From Laspinema sp. D2d (GTDB lineage Bacteria; Cyanobacteriota; Cyanobacteriia; Cyanobacteriales; Laspinemataceae): a stretch of 48,363 nt of DNA. Below the pieces are notes generated by a model. It did no database searches. It was not told the origin of the DNA and saw only the letters and a list, made by a program, of their open reading frames with translations. This document shows positions 11,455-21,083 of the stretch, piece by piece (position 1 is the stretch's first letter; each line of letters begins with the position of its first letter). Made by a program: the position numbers and the translations under genes. The stretch covers positions 209,505 through 257,867 of the forward strand of contig NZ_JAMXFC010000004.1 in the NCBI RefSeq assembly GCF_025370755.1. Reading direction: 5' to 3'.

Positions 11455-12222
11455 ATGACTTATCGAAATACAGCCCGTTATCTCTTGAGTGTCCTAATGG
11501 TGTTGGCCGGGGCTGCATCCCCCACCATCGGGGCGATCGAACAGCCTGTGCTTCAGGAAATAGAATCGAATCAAACTGCATTTTTCTGGCGACGACAGTC
11601 CGCACCCGATCGCCTTGAAGGAGTCTGGGGGATTACGGAAGCGAAAACTCCCCGGGGTCAAGCTTATACCGGCAGTCTGGATATCACCGCGATCGGGAAT
11701 ACCGACAACCTTTATCAAGTTTCTTGGGAAACCTCCGAAGGCAATTATTCCGGGTTGGGGTTCTATGAAGAGGGGCGCTTACTGGTGGGGGCCGGACTGG
11801 ATGAGGAGATTTATGGTGTGGCCCTGTATCGAATCGAGGACGATGGCACCCTAGATGGCAAATGGACCCTGAGTAGTGCCAAGGGTGAAGTCGGCACCGA
11901 ACTTGCCACCGGAGGGCGATCGGGACAGTTAGCCGGGACCTATCAAATTAGGAGTACAGACCCTGGAGAAGCCGATTCTTCGTTCAGTGGAGAATTAACC
12001 ATTACCGAATCCCGCGATATCTATCAAGTCACCTGGAATGTCGATGATCAAACCTATCGCGGGATCGGGTTGCGGGTGGATGATTGGCTAGTTGTCGGGT
12101 GGGGGACTAGCGCTAACCTTGCGGTGTTGGATTATGAATTTAAGGGCAATGAAGCGACGGCACGTTGGGCGAGAACCGGGAGTCGGGAACTGGGGATGGA
12201 AAAGATTTCCTTAGAAGATTAG
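11455..12222 (+). CDS. Secreted hypothetical protein with an internally duplicated beta-rich domain (start chosen at the ATG after a GGAG RBS)
   Basis: Signal peptide MTYRNTARYLLSVLMVLAGAASP. Two homologous modules (YQVSWETSEGNYSGLGFYEEGRLLVGAG... and YQVTWNVDDQTYRGIGLRVDDWLVVGWG...). The ORF track opens earlier at 11386. Confidence 0.7.
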   Translation: MTYRNTARYLLSVLMVLAGAASPTIGAIEQPVLQEIESNQTAFFWRRQSAPDRLEGVWGITEAKTPRGQAYTGSLDITAIGNTDNLYQVSWETSEGNYSGLGFYEEGRLLVGAGLDEEIYGVALYRIEDDGTLDGKWTLSSAKGEVGTELATGGRSGQLAGTYQIRSTDPGEADSSFSGELTITESRDIYQVTWNVDDQTYRGIGLRVDDWLVVGWGTSANLAVLDYEFKGNEATARWARTGSRELGMEKISLED

Positions 12223-12336
12223 ACGGCCCTCTCGTCAAGGGATTTACCCCAGGTCCCGTCCCCTCTCAAAGATTTCAGGATGATGCTCAATTCTGGACGA
12301 GAGCAGGAATAGAGGATGAAACGGAATTCGGTTGTG

Positions 12337-12370
12337 ATAGGTCTATAAAACCCCGCACCCTCAAGGGTGC
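12337..12370 (+). terminator. Rho-independent terminator (AAACCCCGCACCC-TCAA-GGGTGCGGGGTTTTCTT)
   Basis: A perfect 12-bp GC-rich stem with a tetraloop and a U-run, about 115 nt after the stop at 12222. Confidence 0.8.
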
Positions 12371-12625
12371 GGGGTTTTCTTGTAGCTTTGGACTAGAGAA
12401 CGACTTCAGTCGTTACTACAATCTGGGGGCAACGGTACAAGGGGAACGACTTTAAGTCTGTAGGTTTTAGGTTGATGGGGTAGGGGTAAGGGAGATCAGG
12501 TTAGAGTGATGTAAGCCGTCGATTAAAAACGATAGGCTAGAAATAAGACAAAGGCGTTCAAGCTAGTTTTTAGCTGAATTGCCTTTCGGGGATCTATAGT
12601 AATGAGTAGACACTAAGAAATACAG

Positions 12626-13093
12626 ATGGCGCAACAAAGCGAAGGCATCAAAATAGTCAGTGATAATCGCCAAGCCCGTTTTTTATATGAGATTCTGGAA
12701 ACCTATGAAGCGGGGATTGCATTAAAGGGGACCGAGGTCAAATCCATTCGGGAAGGGAAGGTAAATATCCGAGATGGGTATGTTTTGTTTCGGGATGCGG
12801 AGGCGTGGCTGCTTAATGTGAATGTTTCCCCCTATCAGACGGCCAGTCTCTATTTTAACCATGAGCCGACCCGGAGTCGGAAACTTTTGCTGCACCGGGA
12901 TCAAATCCGCAAATTGATTGGTAAGGTAGAACAGAAAGGCTTGACAATGGTACCGACGAAGATGTATCTCAAGCGTGGATTAGTTAAGGTAGAGATTGCT
13001 CTTGTCCGAGGTAAGCAGCTCCACGATAAGCGAGCGGCGGTGAAAGAACGGGACCACAAGCGGGAGATAGAACGGGCGTTAAAGCAGTATTAG
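12626..13093 (+). CDS. smpB: SsrA-binding protein SmpB
   Basis: GIKIVSDNRQARFLYEILETYEAGIALKGTEVKSIREGKVNIRDGYV ... LLLHRDQIRKL match the full-length conserved SmpB signature. Confidence 0.95.
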   Translation: MAQQSEGIKIVSDNRQARFLYEILETYEAGIALKGTEVKSIREGKVNIRDGYVLFRDAEAWLLNVNVSPYQTASLYFNHEPTRSRKLLLHRDQIRKLIGKVEQKGLTMVPTKMYLKRGLVKVEIALVRGKQLHDKRAAVKERDHKREIERALKQY

Positions 13094-13188
13094 CGCTTCT
13101 CGCAAGCTGCTTCCCACTCCCGGACTATCTACTGCAAAGGCGAGTTGCAAATGATGACCCCCGCTCCGATGAGCGGGTTGAGGGTCTT

Positions 13189-13371
13189 CTATCTGGAATA
13201 TCTGCGTTTGCGTCGGCGTGCGATTTCTTTGCGCTTACGCTTTTCTAGGGGAGTTTCAAAGTGACGCTGACGCTTCATATCTGCATAAATTCCCTCTTTT
13301 GCAACTTGACGCTTAAAGCGGCGTAGTGCAGATTCGATCGCTTCATTTTCGCCGACAACGACTTGAGTCAT
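13189..13371 (-). CDS. rpsU: 30S ribosomal protein S21
   Basis: [29 protein letters not shown]...[14 protein letters not shown] is the classical S21 sequence. Confidence 0.95.
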   Translation of the reverse strand: MTQVVVGENEAIESALRRFKRQVAKEGIYADMKRQRHFETPLEKRKRKEIARRRKRRYSR

Positions 13372-14375
13372 CCGGTATCCTCCTGAGTATCAACAATAAG
13401 ATGGGCGGGTGAAATATGCTCTACCCCAACTCGGGTAAGCTTGATATCCCAGTCACGGAAATAGCTGATGGGGGCGGTCCTCCCCTGTCGAGCCGTTTGC
13501 GAGGGTGGGGTTCACAATCGAAGGCTCGGAGATAGGAGCACAAAGCTGTCCCATCGCGCTTTGTCCGAAACTGGCTATCTGTTATGAATTGGCTTTAAAA
13601 CCCGATAGTGTTTGTTGGCTTGTCTGTATCGCAACAAACACGACAATCAAACTTTATCTGCGAAATATATTTTAACACAGAATGCCTCGGGTTCAGGAAA
13701 AATCCTTGATTGCCAGTCCTTAGCTCATGCGATCGCCGCTTGCTCAATTGTTCTCTCCCCTTAAGGTGAGTGCAAGGGGGCGATCGCCTCACGCATTCAG
13801 AGAAATCGGATTGTAACATGAGAATGGGGATGAGGTTTCCTTTGGTGTTTCTCTAATTCGGAAAACCTTGGGGTTCTGCACAGCCGGGGTCCCGGGGAGG
13901 AGCCTCTAGGGAGGGTTTAAATAGAGGTTGCTGGAGGGGGCAGGACCTGGTTTTAACGGGATAGCCCAGAGGAGGATTCTTTACCCTATCCCGGATTGGG
14001 AGCAATTTCCGTTCAGGTGGGGGATGAGGAGCCTCGGCTGGTTTTTCCAACCTTGGGGCGAGGGATTCAAGGCTCATGGGAGAGGCGATCGCGTCCCTTT
14101 ATTAAAAAATATCAAAACAATGGCCCGTTTTCATATTTTCTGTTTAAAACTCGTAAAATTAATATAAATACTTTGAGGTTGAGTAATTGATAAGTAAATT
14201 AACCTGTAACACCTAGAATAACCGCCCCAGGGCAAGGGGGTAATGTTGGGTATTCTTGACTAAAAATTTTCGGGGCAGGAGTTAGCTCAGTCAGTTGAGC
14301 GGCAGTTTAGGTAAATTACCGGCTCTGGGGAGCCCCGATTAAAATTAATATGCTAATCAAAGGTAGAATTCAGCA

Positions 14376-17063
14376 ATGATTCGTAGAAAAATAAAGCGCA
14401 GTTCAGCGCCAATATTAGACCGAGAAAATTTATTGAACCGGATTGCCAGTCGGATTCGGCAATCTTTAGAATTACATGAAATTTTAGAAACCACCGCCCG
14501 AGAAATTCGAGCTTTTTTAAATACCCATCGGGTCAAAATTTATCGATTTGAAGAAGATGGCAGCGGAGAGGTCATTGCGGAATCGATTCAAAGCGATCGC
14601 TTACCCTCAATGTTGGGGCTAAGGTTTCCCGCTACGGATATTCCCATGAAGTCCCGAGAGTTATTTCTAACGGCCCGTCAACGGGTGATCGTAGATGTGC
14701 CATCGGGACGAAAAACCACTGAAGAACTTGATTTTTCAGACAATGGAGAAAGTATCAGCCGAGGAGGTATCCGCTATTGGCCCGTAGACCCCTGTCATGG
14801 GGAATATCTGACTAATATGGGGGTATCTTCTTCTTTAGCCATTCCGATTCTCCATCAACACCATCTTTGGGGATTGTTGGTTTCTCATCATGGTAAACCG
14901 AGGCGATATTCAGAACGAGAAATTGAGATTGTCCAATTGCTGGTGGATCAAATGTCGATTGCGATCGCCCAATCCGATTTATTAAATCGTACTCGCAATC
15001 AAGCTCGCGATGAAGCGGTCCTTAATAAAATTAGTGGATTGCTGCACTCGCCTTTAGACCTCAAAAAAATTCGCCAAACTGTTTTGAAAGAAACGGTTTT
15101 AGCGTTAAAAGCTGATGGAGGCCGACTTTATATCAATCCAGACATGACTGGGGCAGTGGCTCAAATCTATACTTATGGTGTTCAACCGAGTATGGCTTGG
15201 ATTGAAGAAACAGATTGTTGGCAACAGTTGATTAATGGGAGTGATCAGATTGTGCCGACGCAGACCCAGACGGGGAGCGATCGCAAGGAAAATATCTCGG
15301 CCCCAGAACAGGCGATCTCTGAGGGATATGAACTCGATTTACCCGCTCATTTAAACGGGAATAAAGAAGCGCACCCTTCCTCACATTCTCCCGTTTATCT
15401 GCACAGTGTTAATATCGGCAATCTTTATCAAACCCCAGCTTTTAGTCCCTTATCCTCGGCTTTTAAACCGACTCAAATTCGCTCTATTTTGATTGTTCCT
15501 TTAAAATATAATAAACAATATTTAGGGTGTTTGACCCTGTTTAGGAATGAAATTGAAACCGAAACATTATGGGCGGGGAAAAATGATGTAGATGAACGAA
15601 ACCGGAGACCTCGCGCTTCCTTTGAAGCGTGGCGAGAACTTAAAAAAGGACAGACCAAAATTTGGAAAATTGAAGAAATTAAACTGGCTGAATCCGTGGG
15701 GACTCATCTCTATATGGCCGTGATGCAACGACGAGTAGAAAAGTTGATTCGTCATGAAGCCTCTCACGATCGCCTGACGGGTTTAGCCAATCGTCTTCTC
15801 TTTAACGAGCGCCTTTCTTTGGCCCTCGCTGATACCCAACACCGGGCCGAAATGCTCGGGGTAATTTTTCTGGATTTAGATGGATTTAAAACGATTAATG
15901 ATACCCTCGGTCATGCTTTGGGAGATGTGCTCCTCAAAATTGTCGCCGAACGTTTAAGTCGTTCTTTGCCCGAAGAAGATATGCTGGCCCGTTGGGGGGG
16001 GGATGAGTTTACGTTTTTAATTAATCATTTGAGTTCCGCTGAGGATGTGACGGAAATTAGCAACAAAATTTTACAGTGTTTTCACGACCCGTTTCGGTTA
16101 GAAGGTCAGGATTTTTATGTCAAAGCCAGCTTAGGAATTGCCCTAGCTCCCTATGATGGAGAAGATGTAGAAACACTTTTAAAAAATGCGGATGCAGCGA
16201 TGTATCGAGCCAAACAACAAGGGAGGAACAACTATCAGCTTTACACCCCCGCGATCGGGACGAAAGCTTTTGAAAGACTCGTGTTAGAAACGAGTTTGCA
16301 CAAAGCATTAGAACGGAATGAGTTCCGGATGTACTATCAACCTCAAATTAATTTAAAAACCGGACGAATTATCAGTATGGAAGCGCTGATTCGCTGGCAG
16401 CATCCTGAACTAGGGTTAGTTGCCCCCGGTGAATTTATTCCTTTGGCAGAAGAAACGGGTTTGATTTGTCCGATTGGGGCTTGGGCGATCGAAGCGGCAA
16501 CCTGGCAAAATTACCAATGGCAGTTAGCCGGACTACCCCCGATTAGAATGGCGGTCAATTTATCGGCGCGTCAGTTTCATCAACAAAATTTACTACAAGA
16601 AATCGCCCAAATTTTAAGACAAACCAAACTCGCTCCTTGCTATTTAGAGTTGGAAATCACGGAAAGTATTGCGATGGAGGATGTTGATTTAACCATTTCT
16701 CTCTTGCATGGATTCCATGAAATGGGAATTGCCATTGCCTTGGATGATTTTGGCACGGGATATTCATCGTTATCCTCCCTGAAGCATTTCCCGTTAGATC
16801 AATTAAAAATTGACCGTTCATTTATTCAGGAAGTCACGACTAAATCCCATGATGCGGCTATTATTGAGACAATTCTGACCCTAGGGCATGGGTTGAATTT
16901 AGAGGTGATGGCTGAAGGGGTGGAAACATTAGAACAGTTGGAATTTTTGAAGTCCGTAAATTGTGATGCCGCCCAAGGTTATTTATTTAGTCAGCCTGTT
17001 CCTGTGGAAATTGCCACTGAACTATACCGTCAGTCCACATTTTCTTTCCATCTGAGTTCATAG
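14376..17063 (+). CDS. c-di-GMP signalling protein GAF-(GAF)-GGDEF-EAL
   Basis: GGDEF active site RWGGDEFTFLI, EAL motif EALIRWQHP with downstream DDFGTGYSSL and EGVET, and N-terminal GAF-like region(s). Confidence 0.9.
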   Translation: MIRRKIKRSSAPILDRENLLNRIASRIRQSLELHEILETTAREIRAFLNTHRVKIYRFEEDGSGEVIAESIQSDRLPSMLGLRFPATDIPMKSRELFLTARQRVIVDVPSGRKTTEELDFSDNGESISRGGIRYWPVDPCHGEYLTNMGVSSSLAIPILHQHHLWGLLVSHHGKPRRYSEREIEIVQLLVDQMSIAIAQSDLLNRTRNQARDEAVLNKISGLLHSPLDLKKIRQTVLKETVLALKADGGRLYINPDMTGAVAQIYTYGVQPSMAWIEETDCWQQLINGSDQIVPTQTQTGSDRKENISAPEQAISEGYELDLPAHLNGNKEAHPSSHSPVYLHSVNIGNLYQTPAFSPLSSAFKPTQIRSILIVPLKYNKQYLGCLTLFRNEIETETLWAGKNDVDERNRRPRASFEAWRELKKGQTKIWKIEEIKLAESVGTHLYMAVMQRRVEKLIRHEASHDRLTGLANRLLFNERLSLALADTQHRAEMLGVIFLDLDGFKTINDTLGHALGDVLLKIVAERLSRSLPEEDMLARWGGDEFTFLINHLSSAEDVTEISNKILQCFHDPFRLEGQDFYVKASLGIALAPYDGEDVETLLKNADAAMYRAKQQGRNNYQLYTPAIGTKAFERLVLETSLHKALERNEFRMYYQPQINLKTGRIISMEALIRWQHPELGLVAPGEFIPLAEETGLICPIGAWAIEAATWQNYQWQLAGLPPIRMAVNLSARQFHQQNLLQEIAQILRQTKLAPCYLELEITESIAMEDVDLTISLLHGFHEMGIAIALDDFGTGYSSLSSLKHFPLDQLKIDRSFIQEVTTKSHDAAIIETILTLGHGLNLEVMAEGVETLEQLEFLKSVNCDAAQGYLFSQPVPVEIATELYRQSTFSFHLSS

Positions 17064-17490
17064 TTTACCCAGAGAAAATTCGCGATACTTATAACCAGAG
17101 GTTGCCCGATTGGGTCCGTCTGTCCCTGGATCTGACCCGTCGAGTTTTTTGTACCGCCTGCGTAAAGGTAAGCGATCGCCTCCTCATTTCAAAACATTGA
17201 ATTTAACCTCACCCTTTTATTGCAAATTGATGTTTCTGGCTTATAATATAATAATGACTCCACCCCCCACAGGGGGATAGTTCCTCTTTTACTCCGGGCT
17301 GCACCGCCCCCTTCAATCAGTTTTATCTCCTGATAGATTCACGACGCTACCCTGATATCCAATCGCCTTAAGCCAATTAAAATGATTCTTTAAAATAAAA
17401 AAGCTTGGGCATTTTAGAGCTATGCAACGGGGAAATTGTCCTTCGCCCTAAACTATCTCCGAATACTCTATCCTATAGGATTGAACGAAT

Positions 17491-18537
17491 ATGGGTGAAA
17501 AATTTTATTTTCCCAAGCTTGATGCCATTCGGGGAGCAGCCTGTTTTTATATTTTAATTCATAATTTTATTTACGGGTTACATAGTTTAAACCTCGTTCC
17601 GGATTTTGTTAAATTAATATTTTCGGCGGGACAAGAAGCCGTCATTGTATTTTTTATTTTAAGTGGATTTTTGGTCCGCATCTCTATATTCCGTCACCCG
17701 GATTTATCTTTTGGGACCTACTTCATTAAGCGATTTAGAAGAATCTATTTTCCTTTAATCCTTTCCATGTTGCTTTCGGTGTTAATTTTTGCCTGGAATG
17801 GAACGCTCCTTCACAAATTATCCGGGGTTGACATTATTGGTAATTTTTTGTTACTCCAGGATTTTGGTAGTGTTAAACCGGGAACTTGGTTTTACCCGTT
17901 TTTAGGCAATCTACCCCTCTGGTCATTATCCTATGAATGGTGGTTTTACTTGATGTTTTATCCCCTCATTCATTCGGTTATCAATCAAACTCGTCGGATT
18001 TACTCTGTTTTTTTATTTTCAGCAGGGTCCTATCTAACTTATGTGTTTTTTCCTAATCAAATTTCTTTAATTTGTTCTTACTTTATTATCGGATGGGTTG
18101 GGGTAGAAATAGCCAACTTATTTTTAAAAGACAGGACATTTACCTTTAAAAATATGCAACCCATTTTACTGACCCTATTCGGAATGGTGCTAATTTCTGC
18201 CCTTCCTGTGTTAGGGGAGTCTGAACTTAAGCCCGGTCACTATCCTTTTTTAATGTTTCGGCATTTCTTAGCAGCGTTTCTACTCTTGACCGGCGGACTG
18301 TATTGGTATCGTCATCACCTGATTTATTTTAATCGAATCTTAGGTTATTTTTCCATTTTAGCTCCCATTTCTTATGGAATTTATATATTTAGTTACCCCC
18401 TTTTAGTTCAATGGGGTTTGAATTCTAATTTACCGAAAAATTGGGCATTCTATGGATTAAATTTGATGATATTAATCGGCCTTGCTTATCTGACTGAGCG
18501 CAAGTGGCAACCGGCGATCGATCGCTGGATTAAATAG
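17491..18537 (+). CDS. Acyltransferase family 3 (OafA/OpgC-like) integral membrane protein
   Basis: N-terminus KLDAIRGAACFYILIHNF and about 10 TM segments. GC content is near 33-35% against about 50% in the flanks, with strongly A/T-ending codon usage. Confidence 0.75.
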   Translation: MGEKFYFPKLDAIRGAACFYILIHNFIYGLHSLNLVPDFVKLIFSAGQEAVIVFFILSGFLVRISIFRHPDLSFGTYFIKRFRRIYFPLILSMLLSVLIFAWNGTLLHKLSGVDIIGNFLLLQDFGSVKPGTWFYPFLGNLPLWSLSYEWWFYLMFYPLIHSVINQTRRIYSVFLFSAGSYLTYVFFPNQISLICSYFIIGWVGVEIANLFLKDRTFTFKNMQPILLTLFGMVLISALPVLGESELKPGHYPFLMFRHFLAAFLLLTGGLYWYRHHLIYFNRILGYFSILAPISYGIYIFSYPLLVQWGLNSNLPKNWAFYGLNLMILIGLAYLTERKWQPAIDRWIK

Positions 18538-18574
18538 ACCGATCGCCAATCTTGCTACCCCTCCCAAATCTCCC

Positions 18575-19723
18575 CTACAATCGACTCTTCAGCCAATTTA
18601 ACCAACCGGAACCCCGGCGGTTTGTTTTGGCTGTTGGTTGATTGGCAACCCATTGATTTAACTCTAGGGCAGTGGGAAACGGCACAGGGCTACTATAGCG
18701 CGATCGCAAGGGTTTCGCTAACGCATTATTATCTTCCCGTAACCCTTCATAAAAAAATAACACCTCTCCCGGAAGCCCACAAGCCCGATTGTAGTCGATC
18801 GCACTCAACAAATATTCCGGACTAATCCGATATTTGCCTAACTTAATCAAAATCCCTGGAGAAATGCGCGGTAACTGTTCGGAAAAACAAGGGCTGTTTA
18901 CCATTTGATTAACCACCCGTTGATAACTCTGAAAATCCCGGCGATAAATCTGAGGATGCATCAAATCTGTCAAGCCTCGGTTCAGCCAGGTTTGAGAATC
19001 TTGCAGGTATTCATTTAAACACCACGGATAAATATTGGGGGAAAGGGAAACCAATAAATTTGGATTAATTCCCTTAATTTGTTGAGACAGTTGCGATAAA
19101 AATTCCGTGAGTAAATCCGCCCGCCATTGCAACCACTGGGAGTCTTGACAATTGGACGGGGGATCGCACTGAAAGGTCTGACGATAAAGGTTTCGGGTAA
19201 ACTCATCGTAGCCCCCTTCTCGGGGGAATGCCGGGAGGCGATCATCTCCTTGGATACCTGCGATCGCGTAATTTTGGACCACTTCTAAAATTAACTGGGA
19301 CAAGAAATTTTGAACCTCTGGGTGCAAGGCATTCATCCACTCAAACCCATTTTTGTTGAGAAGATTTCCCGAGAGGTCTTTGGCGGCCCATTCCGGTTTT
19401 TTTTGCAGTACCATTCCCCCATTAGACTGATAGGAACTGGCGAATCCATATTCAAACCAGGGAATCACGGCAATCCCACAGGACTTCGCCGCTGCAATCA
19501 GTTCACCTAAAGGGTCTCGACCTTGATAGAGGGGATCAATTTCCATGCCAAAGGTCTCCCTTAAAACCCGACTGGGATAGAGGGTTAATCCTTTGGTCCA
19601 GACGACCGGAAAAATTACATTAAATCCTGTCTCGGCGAGAAAGGCGACTGCTTCATTGATTTTTTCTTGGGATCGGAAGACTTGACTATCGGTAGTCGTC
19701 ATCCAAACGCCGCGTATTTCCAT
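18575..19723 (-). CDS. GHL10 (glycoside hydrolase-like family 10, YngK-type) protein, paralog 1
   Basis: IRGVWMTTTDSQVF, then an (alpha/beta)8-like succession and WFEYGF. Related to the ORFs at 37748-39304 and 45967-47697. Confidence 0.75.
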   Translation of the reverse strand: MEIRGVWMTTTDSQVFRSQEKINEAVAFLAETGFNVIFPVVWTKGLTLYPSRVLRETFGMEIDPLYQGRDPLGELIAAAKSCGIAVIPWFEYGFASSYQSNGGMVLQKKPEWAAKDLSGNLLNKNGFEWMNALHPEVQNFLSQLILEVVQNYAIAGIQGDDRLPAFPREGGYDEFTRNLYRQTFQCDPPSNCQDSQWLQWRADLLTEFLSQLSQQIKGINPNLLVSLSPNIYPWCLNEYLQDSQTWLNRGLTDLMHPQIYRRDFQSYQRVVNQMVNSPCFSEQLPRISPGILIKLGKYRISPEYLLSAIDYNRACGLPGEVLFFYEGLREDNNALAKPLRSRYSSPVPFPTALELNQWVANQPTAKTNRRGSGWLNWLKSRL

Positions 19724-19851
19724 AATATTTTTGCTAAGAGGAGAGAGTCAGGGGCTATTGAGACAAAACCCCGTAGGTGGGTTTGAACTTACGGGGTGAT
19801 AAGGAATACAGGAGGTTAATCCGGGGAGAATCAGTGTTCCAAAAACGGATT

Positions 19852-20088
19852 CTAAGCGATCGCTTTTTCTAGGTACGGTTCTATCAGGGTCTCTGTCAGC
19901 AATTGCTGATCAAGTTCGCCCAGTTGTGTGGCAACTCCATCCCAACTACACAGGTTTTCTACTCGTTCTCGGGATGCTTCTTTGAGGCGATCGCCCCAGG
20001 TGGGATTGGACAGAATCCGATCAATCGCTTCAGCAAATGCCGCATCCTCTTGGGGTGGACAGAGTAATCCTGTTTCTTCGGCTTTCAC
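19852..20088 (-). pseudogene. C-terminal remnant of a GT4-type glycosyltransferase (78 codons, no upstream body)
   Basis: The translation LLCPPQEDAAFAEAIDRILSNPTWGDRLKEASRERVENLCSWDGVA resembles the C-terminal tail of GT-B glycosyltransferases (consensus from memory: L-V-P-P-x-D-x-x-A-L-A-x-A-I-x-x-L-L ... R-E-R-V-x-x-x-F-S-W). The upstream frame hits a stop within 15 codons. Confidence 0.45.
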
Positions 20089-20745
20089 AGTAAAGCACGA
20101 GTCACACCGACCCCCATAGCGGCGATTAACTTATACTTAACTGCCCCCAAAGAGTGGTAAACGTGAACTGACTTCCCCCCTTGTTGTTTCTTGAGTTCCC
20201 TTCCCACCGCGAGCGATCGCGGGTTTTACTTTGATCATACTGGATTGAGTAGCAACACCCCTTGTACTCGGATTAAAGCTCACATTCTTCCGTCCCGGGT
20301 TAACGTGAGAGAAAATATCCCATCTTGCCAGACAGATACGCCACTTTTAACCGTTACTTAGGGTAAACCCTCTAATCTTTGCGGCTAGATTAACGTTGCT
20401 GTTCATCATCCAACCGACTGAAGAGGTCGGGCGAGTTGAGTCGGGTGACTCACTTTCGATGAGAAGTTTCAGGGGACCCGCAGCAGTCATCTCCAATCCC
20501 TAACTCTCTCAGATGGAGGGGAAAATAGATGCGCAACCGGGTAACAGATTGGAAACCCAGCCTGGAGATACTGGGGACCCAACTCCTCCCGATTTAACCG
20601 TTACGTTAGGTGACCCCAATTACCTTTGGTCCACCTCGCGTCAAATCAATGGCATATTCTAAGTCAGTGAAACCCTTACCTAGACACTATTGAGGGCAAC
20701 TAAATCGGGGAGTGGGTTTCAGTTCTATCCAGTTTTTTTAAAAAA

Positions 20746-20801
20746 TTGCAAAATTCCTGGCAAAAGGTCTTTTCAGACCGAAAAAAACCTGCTATGATGT
20801 C
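20746..20801 (+). promoter_or_regulatory. Putative sigma70-type promoter for tRNA-Ser (-10 TATGAT at about 20795-20800)
   Basis: The extended -10 box gcTATGATg lies about 14 nt before the tRNA 5' end. The -35 is weaker (TTCAGA or TTGCAA). Confidence 0.4.
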
Positions 20802-20813
20802 TCAAGACACCTT

Positions 20814-20902
20814 GGAGAGGTGGCTGAGTGGTTGAAAGCGGCAGATTGCTAATCTGTTTTACGGTTTTAATCGTAACGAGGGTTCGAATCCCTCCCTCTC
20901 CG
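20814..20902 (+). tRNA. tRNA-Ser (anticodon GCU), class II with long variable arm
   Basis: GGAGAGG acceptor paired with CCTCTCC, D-loop AGUGGUUGAAAGC, anticodon loop uuGCUaa, long extra arm, T-arm GAGGGTTCGAATCCCTC, discriminator G. CCA is not encoded. Confidence 0.9.
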
Positions 20903-21016
20903 TTGTGAAAGCACTAAGGCTCCGATAAAACTCACCTGAGTTAATGATCGGCAACTCTGAGCAGATCTCAGCAAATGCTGGAGTTGAATGAGTCAGTGTA
21001 GAGCAATTTAGTTTAG

Positions 21017-21057
21017 AAATCCCCCACCCCTTGCAAAAGTCGTGGGGGATTTTTTAT
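21017..21057. terminator. Bidirectional hairpin terminator between tRNA-Ser (+) and the convergent minus-strand gene
   Basis: AAATCCCCCAC-(13 nt)-GTGGGGGATTTTTTAT. A/T runs on both sides. Confidence 0.7.
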
Positions 21058-21083
21058 GGTGGTTGGGTTCCCTGGAGCGATCG

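Noticed and set aside
13372-13600. tmRNA (ssrA) or RNase P RNA next to smpB/rpsU
   Set aside because: I could not find the tag-peptide reading frame (ANNIVPFARKAAPVAA-like), the tRNA-Ala-like 5' GGGGCUG/3' T-arm ends, or RNase P conserved blocks. Without a covariance search I cannot claim either RNA.
13853-14167. Two overlapping ORFs (74 aa on the minus strand, 79 aa on the plus strand) in the G-rich tract
   Set aside because: Pro/Gly/Arg-rich low-complexity translations of a purine-rich repeat. They overlap each other antisense, with no RBS or sensible start.
14268-14335. tRNA-like fragment (GGGGCAGGAGTTAGCTCAGTCAGTTGAGCGGCAG...) upstream of the GGDEF-EAL gene
   Set aside because: It has a D-arm-like GCUC-AGU...GAGC but no T-arm (GGTTCGAATCC) and no acceptor complementarity. 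Not a functional tRNA, and at most a relic.
19928-20119. 63-aa plus-strand ORF overlapping the glycosyltransferase remnant
   Set aside because: Arg/Ser-rich antisense shadow of the remnant. No start context.
20400-20470. Hammerhead-like ribozyme (GATGAG...GAAA context) in the repeat-bounded element
   Set aside because: It lacks the canonical CUGAUGA core, and the three helices cannot be drawn convincingly.
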